The notes beneath the pieces are model-generated. The model saw nothing but the letters and a program-made list of their open reading frames with translations. It was not told where the DNA came from and did no database searches. A stretch of DNA of 64,000 bases. Source: Camelus dromedarius (taxonomy: Eukaryota). The stretch covers positions 31,250,001-31,314,000 of the forward strand of contig NC_087437.1 of assembly GCF_036321535.1 (NCBI RefSeq), in the 5' to 3' direction. Both the position numbers and the translations under genes were made by a program. This document shows positions 26,780-40,280 of the stretch, piece after piece. Numbering within the stretch: the stretch's first letter is position 1; each line of letters begins with the position of its first letter.

Positions 26780-26960
26780 TCATATACTGTAATGCTTAAT
26801 GAGTGCTTGTTATGTACTAAATATTGTTTTATGCCCTTTGTAGGTGACATCTCAATTAAGCTGTCCAATGAGGTTGAAACAATCATTATCCCTATTTTAC
26901 AGAAGTGGGAAGTGAGACTTAGAAGGTTAATAATGTGACCAAGGGAATGTGGTGTCGGAG
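26780..26960 (-). mobile_element. MIR SINE
   Basis: attatccctattttacagaagtgggaagtgagacttagaaggttaataatgtgaccaagg. Confidence 0.7.
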
Positions 26961-27089
26961 CCAATACCCTCACACAATATCCTCTTTACCGTGTGCCTGG
27001 TAGCCTTTCAACTTGTCCCTGTTTCCTCTTTGCACTCTTTGCCCCTCTCCCTGGAGTGACAATTTCTCCTCTTCTCTATTGTTAAACAA

Positions 27090-27292
27090 TATTTATAAAT
27101 GAGTATTAAATATTTTATTTGATTCAGTATATCAAAAGTATTATTTCAACATGTAAATGATATACAAATTATTAAGGAAATACCATATACACCTTTTTAT
27201 ATGAGGTCTTTGAAATTTGATACGTATTTTATCACTTTGGAGTAGTCACGTTTCAAGTGGTGGCTGGTGGCTCTCATACTGGATTTCGCAGG
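27090..27292. mobile_element. MER33-like hAT-Charlie fragment
   Basis: atattttatttgattcagtatatcaaaagtattatttcaacatgtaa...gtctttgaaat...tggctggtggct...tactgga. Confidence 0.7.
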
Positions 27293-29486
27293 TCTTGAAG
27301 ACAGCAAGGTTTTTTATTACCTATTTTCTAGTTAGCCTGTTTAGAACCATGCCGTTGCTTTACTCTGAAGCTAGGATGATGGCAAAATGATGGTAAGCTT
27401 CTGTTGCATATAACGTCCTGTAGGCAGCTTTATGGTGTCTTTCCCCCAGTGTGACCAGCCTGAGCTAGCCTTGGCGTAGCTCATCTAGACAAACAACTTG
27501 ACCTTATTTTTAATAAGATGTCGCTTTATGGTCTTTCTGGTGTGTTTGTTCCCTGGGCGCATCCTATTTCTCATAGCAACCCTACCTGTTCCTCTCCGCT
27601 TCCGCACCCTTGCTGCCTCTTCCTCCCTCTGGGGTTGCCCTCTCTCTCTCTTCCCCATGTCCCTCACCCCTGCCCCCCCGCCCAAGGCTGCTCAAATCCC
27701 ATCTTACTGCCTCTTCTGTGGACCCTCCTCTTACAAATCCAGCCTCCACCACCTTCCTCAGGGTCCCAAAAACCGCACTGCACACCTGAGCATTTCACTC
27801 CAACCCGCTTTGCTTTTCTGTAATTATTATTCCAAGTCACTGCCCATGTCTGTCAACCCCGATAGGGCAAGTTTTTCAATGCTGGGATCAAGCTTACCTG
27901 CCTCACGTGGTACAACAGAGGACACATACTCCCTTCTCAGTAAATGCTCATGAATTAAATAATATCCAGCAAATGACAGAATAAGTGGGGAGGTCTGATT
28001 TCTTCCTCCATTCCCTCATTCTGGGGAGGGCTGAAGGCAGGATGTTCAAAAGGAAATAGCTCAATCTAGTTAACGAATATATGATTAATCTATTCATCTC
28101 CACAAATTAGAATGTGTTCAATTGCCAAGCTGAAAATTGTTACCACAGCAATGCCAGGAAGGAGTTGCTAAAGAGAAAGGATTTTTCTTGTCTTTATACC
28201 TTTTCTTCACTGGCTATGAGCAGCATGGTAGTTTGAGGCGAGAGAACACCAGCCCAGGAATCAGATGCCTCGAGTTTGAGGCCAGTCTCCATCCTGCCAT
28301 ATCTTCTCTCCAAAGTCAGTTACCCTCTGGAGTCAATTAGACATCCGTGAGGCATGAGCGGTACCTCCCTGACCACTTTAAATGAGAATCTTGAGTCTAG
28401 TGGGTTCAAGTAAGACAGCGCTGTGTGGATACACAGTGACTCCTTCACAGAGGCAGGATTTAGCTGATGCTTGGGGAAGAAAACCTGGAAATAAATACTC
28501 TATCTTTATTAGCCTCACCGCGTCTCCCTAGACTGTCTAGAGCAGGGCTCAGCAGTAGTGAGGGAGCCAGAATAAGACAAATGTTGATTCTGCCAGGTTC
28601 TAAAAATGAGCCCACAGGAGTAGAGTCTGTTTCCAAAGGCAGGGACCAGAAGTGGCGGGGGAAGTTGGGCTAAGTCAGGAACAAAAGGCTCTGGATGTGT
28701 TTTGGCCCTTGGGGAGATCACACGATGCTGCTTCTGGGCAGACACACCTCCTCCTCAGCTGACTTGTGCGAGGGAGTAGGCTGCCTCCACAGTCGTCGGC
28801 CCACTTCTTACCTCTGCTGAACACCGTGAGGACAAGCCCTGTGGGGCGGGAAAGAAAGAAAAGGGTGTTCGAGGCCAAATCATTTAGAAGAATTGGACAT
28901 GTTTACTTCAGGTAGATACCGTCAAGCTGTTCAGCCACCATGTCCCCCTAAACACAGCACCCCAAGCGCAGTTTCTGCACTCTTTTTTGTAAGGACCAAT
29001 TTCCAGTTTTTGCGTATTTTTGTTTACCAGCTTTATTCTGTTCTCTTCAAGTGCAAGAAAGAATGCAATAGGAGTTCCCAACTCCTTCCATTCAATGAAA
29101 TTTGGAAATGGCTCAGGATATAAGTGAACATAATAATTGTATGTCAGTCGTTCAGTGTTTTTGAACGTTGCTCACTGCAAACATGGATGTATTCTTAAAT
29201 AACCAAAGACCCCGATTGGTGAGCTGTTTTACATGCAAGCTCTTGTTAGTAGCTCACCATTCTGTTTCATATTCCATTCAGATACAAAGCAGAACTTCTC
29301 TACATTAGTTTCCGCAAATGCTCACTATGCACGGTCCCATTTTCACTTATCAAGACAAATGCCTGTGTACTCACTCAGTCAATTTCCAGCCATGTTGTAA
29401 CTTGCAGCCTCCACACTGTGTGTTTTGATTTGTGAAGGCCATCTTTGTTTCCAACTGACTGTTTTCAAAAGGAAGGTGGGGTTGAA

Positions 29487-29531
29487 TTTCTTTTCTTTTC
29501 TTTTCTTTTCTTTCTTTTCTTTCTTTTCTTT

Positions 29532-29598
<67 letters not shown>
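29487..29598. repeat. Compound microsatellite (TTTTC)n-(TTTC)n-(TTGC)n
   Basis: Read directly. 29487-29567 is pure pyrimidine on the + strand. Confidence 0.95.
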
Positions 29599-31069
29599 AT
29601 TTTCTCTATCTCCTAAGGAAACAATAGATTGTGGATTTAAGGTAAACATTCCCAAGGAGAATGTTTCATCTGAGGAAGCTCTCTCTTTCCGGGTTTGAAT
29701 ATGTAACCGACCAGTGGGGTGCACAGATGTCTGCACAGAGAGAAGGTAGTAAGGGACAGACTCAGGACTGTAATGAGCCTCAGCTGCTCAGGAAAAGCAG
29801 CCTCCCTCCTTCCTCCTTCATATCTTATAACCAGTGTGGGAAACACCCCCTCAGCCCTGCCCAGGTTTGGTACTTTTAAAGGACAGTCACAACCGAGCCA
29901 AACTATTATGACTCCGAAGGTTAGGGACAACGTGCCAGGGACTAGCAATGAAAAAGTTAAACAGTACAGTGCCCCCAGGAGGTTCTGGTGGAACAGTCTG
30001 GCTCTGTAAACCTTGTTTTGGATGACTTTGAAAGGCTGAAGAACATCCCCATTTGGACAGGGCTTGTTTGTTTTCTTCTCTGAAGTCAGCTCAAATCATT
30101 CTAATGTGTGTATTGGCCCCTGACGGCAGTTCAGGCATAGCCAGCCCTAATCTTGCTGTTTGCAGGCAGGTAGAGCGAACTCAGACGGACGTATTTCAAC
30201 AAGTGGACTATGCAATTCTAAGGAGTCAGAAACTTTCTTTTGCTTAATTTTGTAAAAGAAAAGCCCATAAAACTAAAAAATTAAAATTCAAAATATAATT
30301 ATTGAACAAGGAAGCTACCTTCATTCTCCTGTGCTTAAAAATGCATGTTTTCCACCAAGAGGAGGCAAACATTCCTCACCAAGTTTTGCTTAGATGTGGC
30401 CTCATTTACCAAAGTGCTCAGTCATAACACATCAGAACCGAACAACCAGATAGAATGTACAATATTTCCACTTATTCCTCTCCGCCTCCTGTGACACCAA
30501 GCCCTCCTACCAATTGTAGGACCAAAAGAACACCAGGGAGGAGTCGAAAGCTTTCGGACAAATACGCAATTTAATAAAATGTATGATTCCTACCACCCTG
30601 ATCATTCTGGGTAAGCCTTACCTGTCTGTATATTTTTGACAGAGATATTTATTTTTTCAATACTTTCAGTGGCAATTATTCTAAAAACGGGAGTGGGCAG
30701 CAGACGTATAATCACTCAGGAAGTTTACACAAGCAGCCCTGGGGCTGGGAAGCCCGCTGTTCACAGGGATTCTGTGTGAGTGGCTCTGGCATTCATGGAA
30801 CTGGTTATTTCCATTGAGATTCCCTTCATCTTAATTAGGACAGACGATGTAATGCCACAATCAAACACATATGGCAGAATTATAAAACATTTGGGATGAC
30901 TGCTGGCAGCTGATCTGGTGCTATTTACCAGATACTGATGTGTACACATAACAATATTGGGCCGAGGAGTCACCACTGTGTCTCGAGGCAAGAGAAGTAA
31001 CACACTCTGGCTACCAGAAAGCACACTGAGTCGTCAGGAGCTAAGCACCCTTTTACAGAGCATTCGAGA

Positions 31070-31260
31070 GCTGTGGGACCCGGCAGAGTCAGGCAGGGCT
31101 GGGTGGAGTTCTCACGTTAGCACTTGCTAGCTGAGAGACCTTGTGCCAGTCACTGCAGCGCTCTGTGGCTCAGTGTTCTCCTCTGAAAGCTGACAGCGCT
31201 GTGACTCCCAGGTGTCATTTACAAGGCACAAGTGTGGTCACGTCAAGAGCTTGGCACAGG
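31070..31260 (+). mobile_element. MIR SINE (degenerate)
   Basis: agagtcaggcagggctgggt...cacttgctagctgagagaccttgtgccagtcact...ctcagtgttctcctctgaaa. Confidence 0.6.
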
Positions 31261-33539
31261 TTCTCCGTAGAGAGAACATTCCTCTGACTACGGGGGAGCT
31301 ACTGTGCAGATTTGAATCCCTTTGCAAACTTCTGAACTGGCATGTTTAGTTTCCACTAACTTGAAGAAAGATCTCTAGAACAGGTCACAGGGGAAGTCAA
31401 GCTGCCTTTGTGAAGAAATGGAGTTCTCAGAATTGTCCACGCCTTTCTCTCCAGCTTTATAGTGACGCGTGCTGCCTCCTGGGGAACCGTGATGGCACGG
31501 CTCCCGACAGCCAATGTGAAGATGTCTGTGTTTCCTTCCTATTTCCTTTCATAAGGCATTAAAAACTCCTCTCCTTTGGTGTATTAGGAATCCCATTCAC
31601 ACAAGAATAATGTCAGCCCCCCGGGGACCCATCCTATTACTGGCAAAATGGACTCTCTTTGTTCTTCTCCATTCTGCTCATTCTTTTTGTTACTGATCTG
31701 TCCTGATCTTCGAGAACCATGACCATGCTCTTTGTGCGTATGCATCTGGGGACACAACAGCTCCTGAATGTACGTTACGTATATATGTATTTTTAACACC
31801 CGAGCTAGAATGTAAGCTCTTTGAAAATAGGAGCCTTGGTGGATGGCTTGTTTGTACCGTAGCAGACATCTCCACTCTGCTTTCACTGTGTGCCTTAAGA
31901 GGGAAAACCAGACACTGCCAATAAACAAATATTTATTTTTAAAATATGTGCATATACTATGATACCAATATTATAGCAATTATAAAATGTATTTTAAAGT
32001 AGACATTTTGAAAAGAAGGAATTAAAGAGGCAAATGTGAGAGCATCTACATTTTCTTCCCACCCGACAGTGAGCTGTCTTGTAGGGCACAGGCATCCTGA
32101 CCCCAGCACTGAGGGAGGCGCTGCTCTGTTTTAGGACCGAGCAGTCACCCTGGCCGCCCAGGACCCAGACATCTATTCCAGGGAGCTTGCTTGTTCCCAT
32201 GGGTTTCCTGCCCACCCTGCTCTCTCTCTCCACTGCCTCCCTCCTTCAGACACACTGACTCTGCAGGTATCTGGGGGGACATCTGTGTGACTCATTTCTT
32301 ACCTAACTTACACTCATGCTTTTCGTGATTATTTTCCTGGATGTAAAAGGTGCACCAGCAACCTGTATTGTCCCCTCTTGCCAATAAATACAAGAAGCCT
32401 CTGGAGGCTGTGTTTCGCAAGGATCCCGCGGTCTGCCTGGTTACCCGGTCACGTTAAGTGTGCCTTATGGAATAGCCACCGTGAAAATCATGGAGAAAGT
32501 TCTTTGCATAAACAATCCAGCTTTTCATCACAGGGTGCAGATGGTGGTGGAGTAAAGAGGTGGTGGGCATAGCTGGGGTATGTGTGACAGTAGAACCTGG
32601 GCCATCTTGTGGATTTTTAGAGAGCCCACACAATAGCTCTCTCACCAAACGTGTGCTGAGAACCTCTGATAGGCTGGGAATGCCGAGACGGGGTTGTCCT
32701 TTTCAGGGAGTTTTCGGTCTTCATGGGAAGACAAAGTAGATAGGGACTGGAGAAACTAAATTACACAGCAAACAGCTGGTATTGACAGGATGTGGCAAGG
32801 TCATCTTGAGAAAGATGTTTGTATCCTACCCAAGTCCTGCCAACACAGCCTATGAGACCATGACTGCCCAAAAGAGACACCCAAATTGAAAGGGCAGACC
32901 ACAAAGTGAAATGTAAGCGGGAGGCAGGTCTCATCACTGGGAAAGTTTTCCATCATGAAAAGCAGAAAAATAAAAACCATTCGATTGTACAGCATCCTGC
33001 AGTCACCCACTTCACTCGTTACTGCCTCACCTTCTCAGCCGGAGCTCTTCCCTCTGGCTTTGGGCTTTCATCCTCCAGCTCGGTTCCCAGCATTGTTGCT
33101 ATTCTCTGCCCCCCACAGAGGCAGCGCCGCCCTCCTTAACACACCCACATCTGAAGAGGGGCCCCTCCGTGGTGGCCACAGTACTAAGCACTTGAAAGTC
33201 AAGACAAATCCGTGATTAATTCTTCATGGGATTACTAAATATGAGCTTTTCATTTTGCTGTCCATGCTTCCTAGGGAGGGAAAGAAGTTATCTGTCAGTG
33301 ACAGGAGGAGAAAAGATTGCAAAAGTTCAAGGTTATTGCAAAAGGAATGTTTACATTTCCTGAGGATATTTCCTGGGTTGGTCTCCCTTCAGTCACCAAG
33401 CACACAAGCAATGCTTTTAGAGCCTGAAAAACTCTGCAGTCTGCAAAGATGACAGCTGCTGTGCCTCAGGTCCCTCACTGACCTCTCGTCAATCACAGGC
33501 AGCTGCTCTTGTTGAGATGCTGAGGTTTTCTTCTGCAGA

Positions 33540-34120
33540 CTACTGACATCACCTCCTAATGATCTCCCTCCCGCTAATCACTGCCTCCTCCGATCCATCC
33601 TCCACACGGCTGTCAGCATCTTTCTGCAATGCAAATTGTATGATATTTTATCCTTGCTTAAATGCTCTGATAGCTCTACATCACCCACAGTTTACATTAC
33701 AGATTAATTAAACATGGCATCCTAGCCCTTTTCACTCTAGTTTTGATCAACCTTTCTAGCCCTGTTTCAAGATCCCCACTTTGACCCACTGTTCACCCAT
33801 CAACCATACCATCTTGTTAAGGTGCATCTCTCTTCTCAAACTGGTTCCTCTGCTTGGGACACCTTCACCCACCTCTTCACCTGGTGAATGCCTCCACTCT
33901 CCTCAGGTCTTAGCTCAGAGCCTTCCTGAAGCCTCATCCAAACACCACCAAGCAGAGGTTCTCACCCACTTCTCTGCTCCCATCCCACCTCCCAGCTAGC
34001 TCTGCTGTGTTCTCACCGCTGTCGTGCACTGACTCTTGTCTGCTTAGCATCCTCTTTGCCTCTCTACCCCCAGATCCTGGTGCAGCGACACCCAAGGGCT
34101 ACTCAGTAAATCTTCCACGA
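33540..34120 (+). mobile_element. LINE-2 3' portion
   Basis: cctcctaatgatctccct...tccatcctccacacggctgtcag...cttgcttaaa...actcagtaaat. Confidence 0.6.
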
Positions 34121-36516
34121 GTGACTATACAGAAGGAACTTAGTGATCTCGAAGGTTCCCCAATAAGGAAATCTCCATGCTGATGGGTTTATATAAGCCT
34201 CGTTTGTAGATGTCCCAATCCCCAGGTCTGGACACAGAGAACCTCAACCTCAGCTGTCACTTCTCTATAAACATTTTGAATCAGATTATAGGGCTTTCTG
34301 TAAAACCTCAAGCTGAAATAGAATATAAACAGCAACATTATTCAGAAAGTATCCTTCAGTGCTAATTCTTCTTCCTCCCACAGATATGGGCCACTCTTTT
34401 AGATGTTAGTTCTGCTTTATGCGTGTGAGTATGTGCAAACCACAGGGATCCTGGGTGAACCAGCTGCAAGCTGGATTGCACCAGCAGCTCTGCAGCTCGT
34501 GTCCTCTGACTGCACTGGCCCTCAACATTAAAAATGTACTTAATGAGTCACTGAATTGGGCCTTGATTGCTTTTTTTTTCTTCTAATTTTATAGGGAGGC
34601 AGTGAATTCCAAGTTAATGGTGCTGGCTAGTGGATGCATCCTGGTGATGAAATGAGGCTATTTGGACCTGCTGATGTCCAAGTTCATTCATTTACTCCAC
34701 AGAAAAGCCAACAGGACACTCTATGTCCAGATTTCCATTCTCTCTGTCTAACAATTAGAACCCACTTCAGCTAACGATTGAGCACACCAAGGCCCCAGCC
34801 ACCCAGTGGAATCTTCACGTTTTGCAGAACAGCAACAAAGGCATACGGCCAGTTTTCCAAAGTACTCTCTCCAAAGTGAGCCAAATTAAATTTCAAGCTC
34901 ATTCCAGAACATGTTTCTCTCTACATTTGTAAAAGAATGACTGCTTGGCAGGGCGCTATTAAGAGAAAAGGGCAGAGTCTCCCCAAAGATTTTCAACTTT
35001 ATTTTTACACTAGTTAGAAAAGTGTTTGGAAAAGCAAATTGCAGTTTGAGTTCAAGAAAGAAAAGAAAAAGTGCTGTGGGTGGGAACCTGTTAAGAAATG
35101 CAATAATCACGGTGTTTTGTAATCCCTTGAGACCAATATTAAGTACTACCAAAATCTAATATCTCTAACTATAGAAGTAATATATTTACCACTTAATCTA
35201 AGGGATATATTTATTTGCTCACTAGGAGAAAAAAATAGGTCTGTTTCCAAACTTCACACAAGCTCTCTTTGTAAACCTTCCCTTCTGGCCTACCAGAATT
35301 TTCATTGAAAATATTTATTTTGGGGAATTGTAATGTAATTATCATCAAACTGCCCAGAGTTAAAGAAATAGGTTCTCAATCATTTAATCCACATTCCTCC
35401 AACACCTGCTATTTTAATGGTAAATCTAGAGTATATTTTTTCTCCTTTTGCAGAACAGAGGAGGCAATGAGATGTAGTTATTCAAAATGTGTTTCTTTCA
35501 GCTGGTAAAGACTGGGACACTGGGATTTCCTTATCTGAGTAAGATCAGTAGGGACTATAATCTATTAGCTTGCCTCTGGCGGCAGCCTATGTAAAGTGCC
35601 ATAAAGGAAGGTTAGATCCTTGTAATGTTTGAGATCAGCTTGTAATATGATACCACGGGGAGACATAGCGCTAAGGCTGCGTAGTTGACAAAGATGATTC
35701 TCTGAATTCCTTGGCTGGTTTTTCCCTTGCCTGTTACGGTAACTATAGCTATGAATATTATTTCCGGAAGTGTTTTAATATTTCTGCAGGATTATACTTG
35801 AATAGTCCAGGGCTTTATTGTATTCTTTTGTGTGATTTGAAGTTGGAATCTCCATTCAATAAACACTTGTTGAGGGTCTACCCTGCCCTGGCCCTGAGCT
35901 GATCTCTGAGGATGTAAGTGTAGGTGGGATGATGATCATCCCTACTACTTACATGTTGGGGGTGGGGGGAACAGGACATTCCTTTGATTCTTGTAACTGA
36001 GCTTATTGTTCTTTAAAGTCTCCATTCTTGCTGATGGCAGATAAGCGGGCATTAAAAATAATCCCATTCAAAGGTGATTCTGTCTCTTCTGATTTCAAGG
36101 GTCAAACTCTCCATCAGGAATCTCTCTTCCCTCCTTCCTTCTTCCCCACGTGGTGTCAGTGAGTCGGAGGAAGCTTAGGAAACTTCCAGGCCATCATGCT
36201 GTCCTGCTCTGCTGGCCACACACAGTCAGTGTGGATCTTCCTGCTAAGGTGCAGAATCCCCCTGGGCGCCCTGGGGCCCAGGGCACAGGTACTCGACCTG
36301 AGATTCCCACAGAACTCTCTGGTTATTTCTCATCCCTTCTTACGCTGGAGAGCCTTGACCATAGTGGGTGGGTGAGGGAAATGTGGGCAGGGGTGAGCCT
36401 AGATACCCCCTTCAGACTTGTTTCTTTTCTTCTTTACCCCTCTCTGCTAGAAGGAGGCTCTATTTTCCTTCCAGTCTGAGGCTCGAGGTCACGTAGTTAA
36501 CAACCGGATTAGATGA

Positions 36517-36652
36517 CGGTGATCACATAGTTTATCATCTAATGTAGGACCCTTTGGAAAGTAAAAGGAGGGGTGGTCTCAAGAATAATTGTGCACCAAG
36601 CAACAGGTATAATCAGAGCCTTGCCTGGGTTAGCCAACATATCTGGTATCTA
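36517..36652. mobile_element. MER94-like hAT-Blackjack MITE
   Basis: ggtgatcacatagtttatcatctaa...ggaccctttggaaagtaaaagg...aataatt...caacaggtataatc. Confidence 0.6.
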
Positions 36653-37140
36653 GTTAAGCAGGACTAAAATTCATGTATCTCACTTCCAGACTTAGCATTC
36701 TTTGCTTTATGTTTTGATTATTCTTCCTAAATACCAACGCATAGCGATGCAGCAAAAGATCTCCCAGTAAAATCTTTGTGTATACTGGAACTCTGAAAGG
36801 AAACAGGTCGCAGGGTCAGGGCTGAGGTTTGCAGCCCTCGGTGATCGCTGTAACCTTCATCAGGCCTCAAGGTTCAGCTCCCGGTGGCGGTTAATTAACA
36901 TTTCTAGATGGTGATAAACTACACTAACAATTGAGTCTCAAGCTACAAAAATGCCAAAAGTCATCCCTGCTGAGGTAACAAGCTCACTCTACCTCAGGGG
37001 AAACAAACCCAGAAAGGTGGTTCATGCTCAGAGCCTTGGTCCTACTTGTCCAAACCTGGAGAAGGCACGGTTCCAATCTAGGCTTAACCTAGGCAAGATG
37101 CCCCTACCTCAGAGCGTGTCTCCTGGTGCTTGCTCTTCCG

Positions 37141-37156
37141 CCTGCAGGGGGCAGCA
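37141..37156 (+). promoter_or_regulatory. Candidate CTCF core motif
   Basis: CCTGCAGGGGGCAGCA closely fits the CTCF core consensus. Motif match only. Confidence 0.35.
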
Positions 37157-37299
37157 CCCCAGCCCACCAGCCCGGCCCTCTTTGCCTGACCTTCAACAGG
37201 TGCAGGCTCCTCTTCCCTACACGGATATCCCCATCCCCTCCCATCCCATCCCCTTTCTGCAGCTGATCTTAGCAGCTAGGGGCAAGTGGTTCTGGTTTT

Positions 37300-37750
37300 T
37301 CAATACAGTAAATTTCCTTTCTTTCCATCATAAAAGCAATATATGCTTAGTACAAAAAGTTTATTAAATATACAGAAACTAAAAGTCAACCGTTATCTTA
37401 TCACTTAGAAGAACCATCACTATTTACCTTTTTCATGAATTTTCTCACAGGATTTCTTCTATTTTAAAAGATCATACTGAAACAGATTTTATATCCTGCT
37501 TTTTTCATTTAAAATCCCTAATGCAAGCATTTTTTGTGTTAATAAAACATTCTTTTTAATGTAGTTTTAAGTAGTTACATACAATCCATCATATCAATAA
37601 AACTTAATTTGATTCTCCTCTTATTATTGGATAGTTTTATTCCTTTGATCATTATAAATAACGACTACAACCCATATTTTTGTACATAAATCCAGTTGCA
37701 GATCTCTGACTTTTTCTGTTAGATAGATTATTAAAAGAAGAATTATAAGG
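37300..37750 (-). mobile_element. Old L1ME-like fragment
   Basis: AT-rich, with ttttatatcctgcttttttcattt...attattggatagtttt...tttgtacataaatc...agatagatt...aagaagaatt. Confidence 0.5.
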
Positions 37751-38959
37751 CCTGGACTTGGGACTCTTGATTCATTATGTGGAAGAAAAGCAGTCCCTTG
37801 TAAACTCCCTCATATTTTGCTGTAGGTGTTAGGGCAATATGTAGTACAGAGCAGAGACACAATAAATGTTTGTTGTGTAAATGAATGGACTCAACCCCAT
37901 TAGGAATGTTTGCATTTTAAACGAAGAAATTTGTCAACAAAGGCATCTTAAATTGGTAGGAATTTGGGCAGCAATATTTATACTACTGGAGAAATCAAAG
38001 TAGGATTGTCAAGAAAGGAAGTTTTTCTAATAAGCAGCCATTAAACTCAGCCCCATGAAGACTACAGCCTACTGTGATCCAAGTAAACACAGCTCTTATG
38101 ACCCCTCCCAGCTCCTTGGTCAGATGGTTAACACGAGCCTGGCCTCATGCCAGACCCCGAGGAACAGGTGAATGAGACATGGAATCTGTCCTCAAAAGTC
38201 CACAAGCTTGAGGGGGGACAGATCAACCAGACGATGCACAGAGTAACACAGGAGGAGCAGAGCTGAGATGCAAGCTCAGTGGAAGAAGTAATAGCTCTTC
38301 CTCAGGAAGCCTCCTTGGGAAGGGGACCTTGGAGCCAGGTCTTGAGTGAGAATGCGTGAGAAAAGCATTCCAAACAGATGCACGTGCAAAGAGCACTTCT
38401 TCCTAATTTCTGAGAATCAGAGGGTGCTAACCTCCTCTTCCCTATTCCAGGCAGCACTTTGTTTATGTTAGTCATTTACACATTAGTGAGAATGAGTTGC
38501 TCTGAGTTTCCTGAGAGCAGAATTTGATAAAGGGAAAAGCGAGAGCCTGAGACCAGAGATACTTGAGACCAGAAGGGGCAAGAGAGAATATAATAAAGGG
38601 GAGCGGTACAGAAAGGGAAGGTAGGGAGCCCGACACAGGACCATTGGACTGCACAGTTGGGAAAGGGGGGCGAGCCCCAGAGTTGTGTACAAGGAGACCC
38701 TAGGTCCCAAACACCGAAACCCTCACCAGTCTAGGGAGGTGTGACCTGGCCCCGCAGGAAGCCTCCCTACCATGATCCACAAAGTCTCCGTCCTCTTCTA
38801 AAACTTCTCCAGCAAAGATTCACCCCTCTCTGATTTACAGCTCTGTTTCATGAAAATAGCTCTTAGTTTACAGTCTGTACTGATCTGGGGACCATCTCTA
38901 TCTTCTCTGCCTGGGTGGAGAGTTCAGCTGGTTGTCAGCAGCCTTGTTTTAAGCCCTGG

Positions 38960-39380
38960 CTCCCGTCTCTCACCCTAATCTCATCTTGAACTGCTCCCTC
39001 CTCACACACCGACCACCACCACACTCACCTTCTGCTCCTCAAGCTTGTCCCACCACAGGACCTTGCTTATCTCTTTGTCTGGGTCTCTCTTCCCCAAGAT
39101 CTTTTCAGGGCTGGCTCCTTCTCATCCTTCAGGTCCTTGCTCAGGTGTCACCTCCTTGGAGGGGCTGCCCCGGACCACCTTGCCTTTGCCACGAACCAGC
39201 GTCTGTGATTTCAGAGACCCTCTCATTCGTTGGACTTGTTACTTGCTTACTTGTGTGCTGTGGCCATCCTGCTAGAATGTAAGCCTCATGAGGTCAGGAG
39301 CTTGATCCGTTTTGCTCACTGCCATAGCCCTGGAACCTAGAACACTGCCTGCCTTAACAGTAGGGGTAATGAATGAATAA
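38960..39380 (+). mobile_element. LINE-2 3' end
   Basis: ctagaatgtaagcctcatgaggtcagga...ttttgctcactgc...cctagaacactgcctg...aatgaatgaat. Confidence 0.75.
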
Positions 39381-40074
39381 TCCCACTTTGAGATGTATTT
39401 ATTCAAGGTTATATCCTCAGCCCTCTGCCCGTGGTATTTCCAAAATGTTTGTGGAATGGATTGTGCTGAAAATCATTCTTTATCCAACCTTCTTTCCCAG
39501 CCAAGGCTGCCTCAGTCCTTCCGAACTTCCTTCCCACTCCCCTTTCCATGCCCTTGACCCCACCCCACATAAGTTGTGAACATGTGTGGTCTAATCCAGC
39601 CCCACTGGTCATCCATCTCCATCACCAGGGCATGCCAATGACGTCACTTTTTTTCTCTTTTCAAAAGAGCAAAGAACAGGATGAAATCCCTTCTGTTGAA
39701 TTTTGAAGCAGGATGAGTCGTGCATTTCCTTTGCCTATTTTCTTCCCCTGTTGTTTCAGTCTGAAGGCTGATCAGGACAGGCGCAGGATGAATGGCAGTT
39801 CACCCACTCCCACCGCTGCCAGGGCATCAATCACAGAGACTGTGGGAGGTTGAGGGGCCCAGATCAGACACAGAGGCGCCAGGAGAGGGTGTGGATGCCT
39901 CACAAAAGCCACAGAAACTCATTTTCTCTCTCTCTAGGCCTCCAAAAACGGCCTGCCCCAGGCAGGGACAGCATTCCGGCCTGTCTCTCTAGGGAAGTGC
40001 TAACAGAGGGTCATTTCAGACGGGCAGACCTCATGAAGGCAGAGTGGGGCAGAGGAGGGTGCACACACTTCAGG

Positions 40075-40280
40075 TGCGGACAGAGTTCTGCTCCTTGTTC
40101 TGCCACGTGCTAAATCTGTGGAACCCTGCGCTCTCGCCTCCACTTCCTCGAGGGTGAAATGGGCACAGGAGTGACTACTTGGAAAGATGATGTGTCTTTA
40201 TATGCAAGAATTATGTGTAAAAGCCCATGGAACGATGCTGGCATGTGGTAGGTGCTTTATAAATCGTTGCTATTATTAAG
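40075..40280 (+). mobile_element. MIR SINE (degenerate)
   Basis: tctgccacgtgcta...gtgaaatggg...atgtgtaaaagc...tggcatgtggtaggtgct...tattatta. Confidence 0.55.

Noticed and set aside
27498..27953. 151-aa ORF
   Set aside because: Pyrimidine-rich low-complexity sequence ending in an L2 tail, with no homology recognised.
29371..29736. Lys/Glu/Arg-rich and Phe/Leu-rich ORFs
   Set aside because: They are translations of the compound microsatellite.
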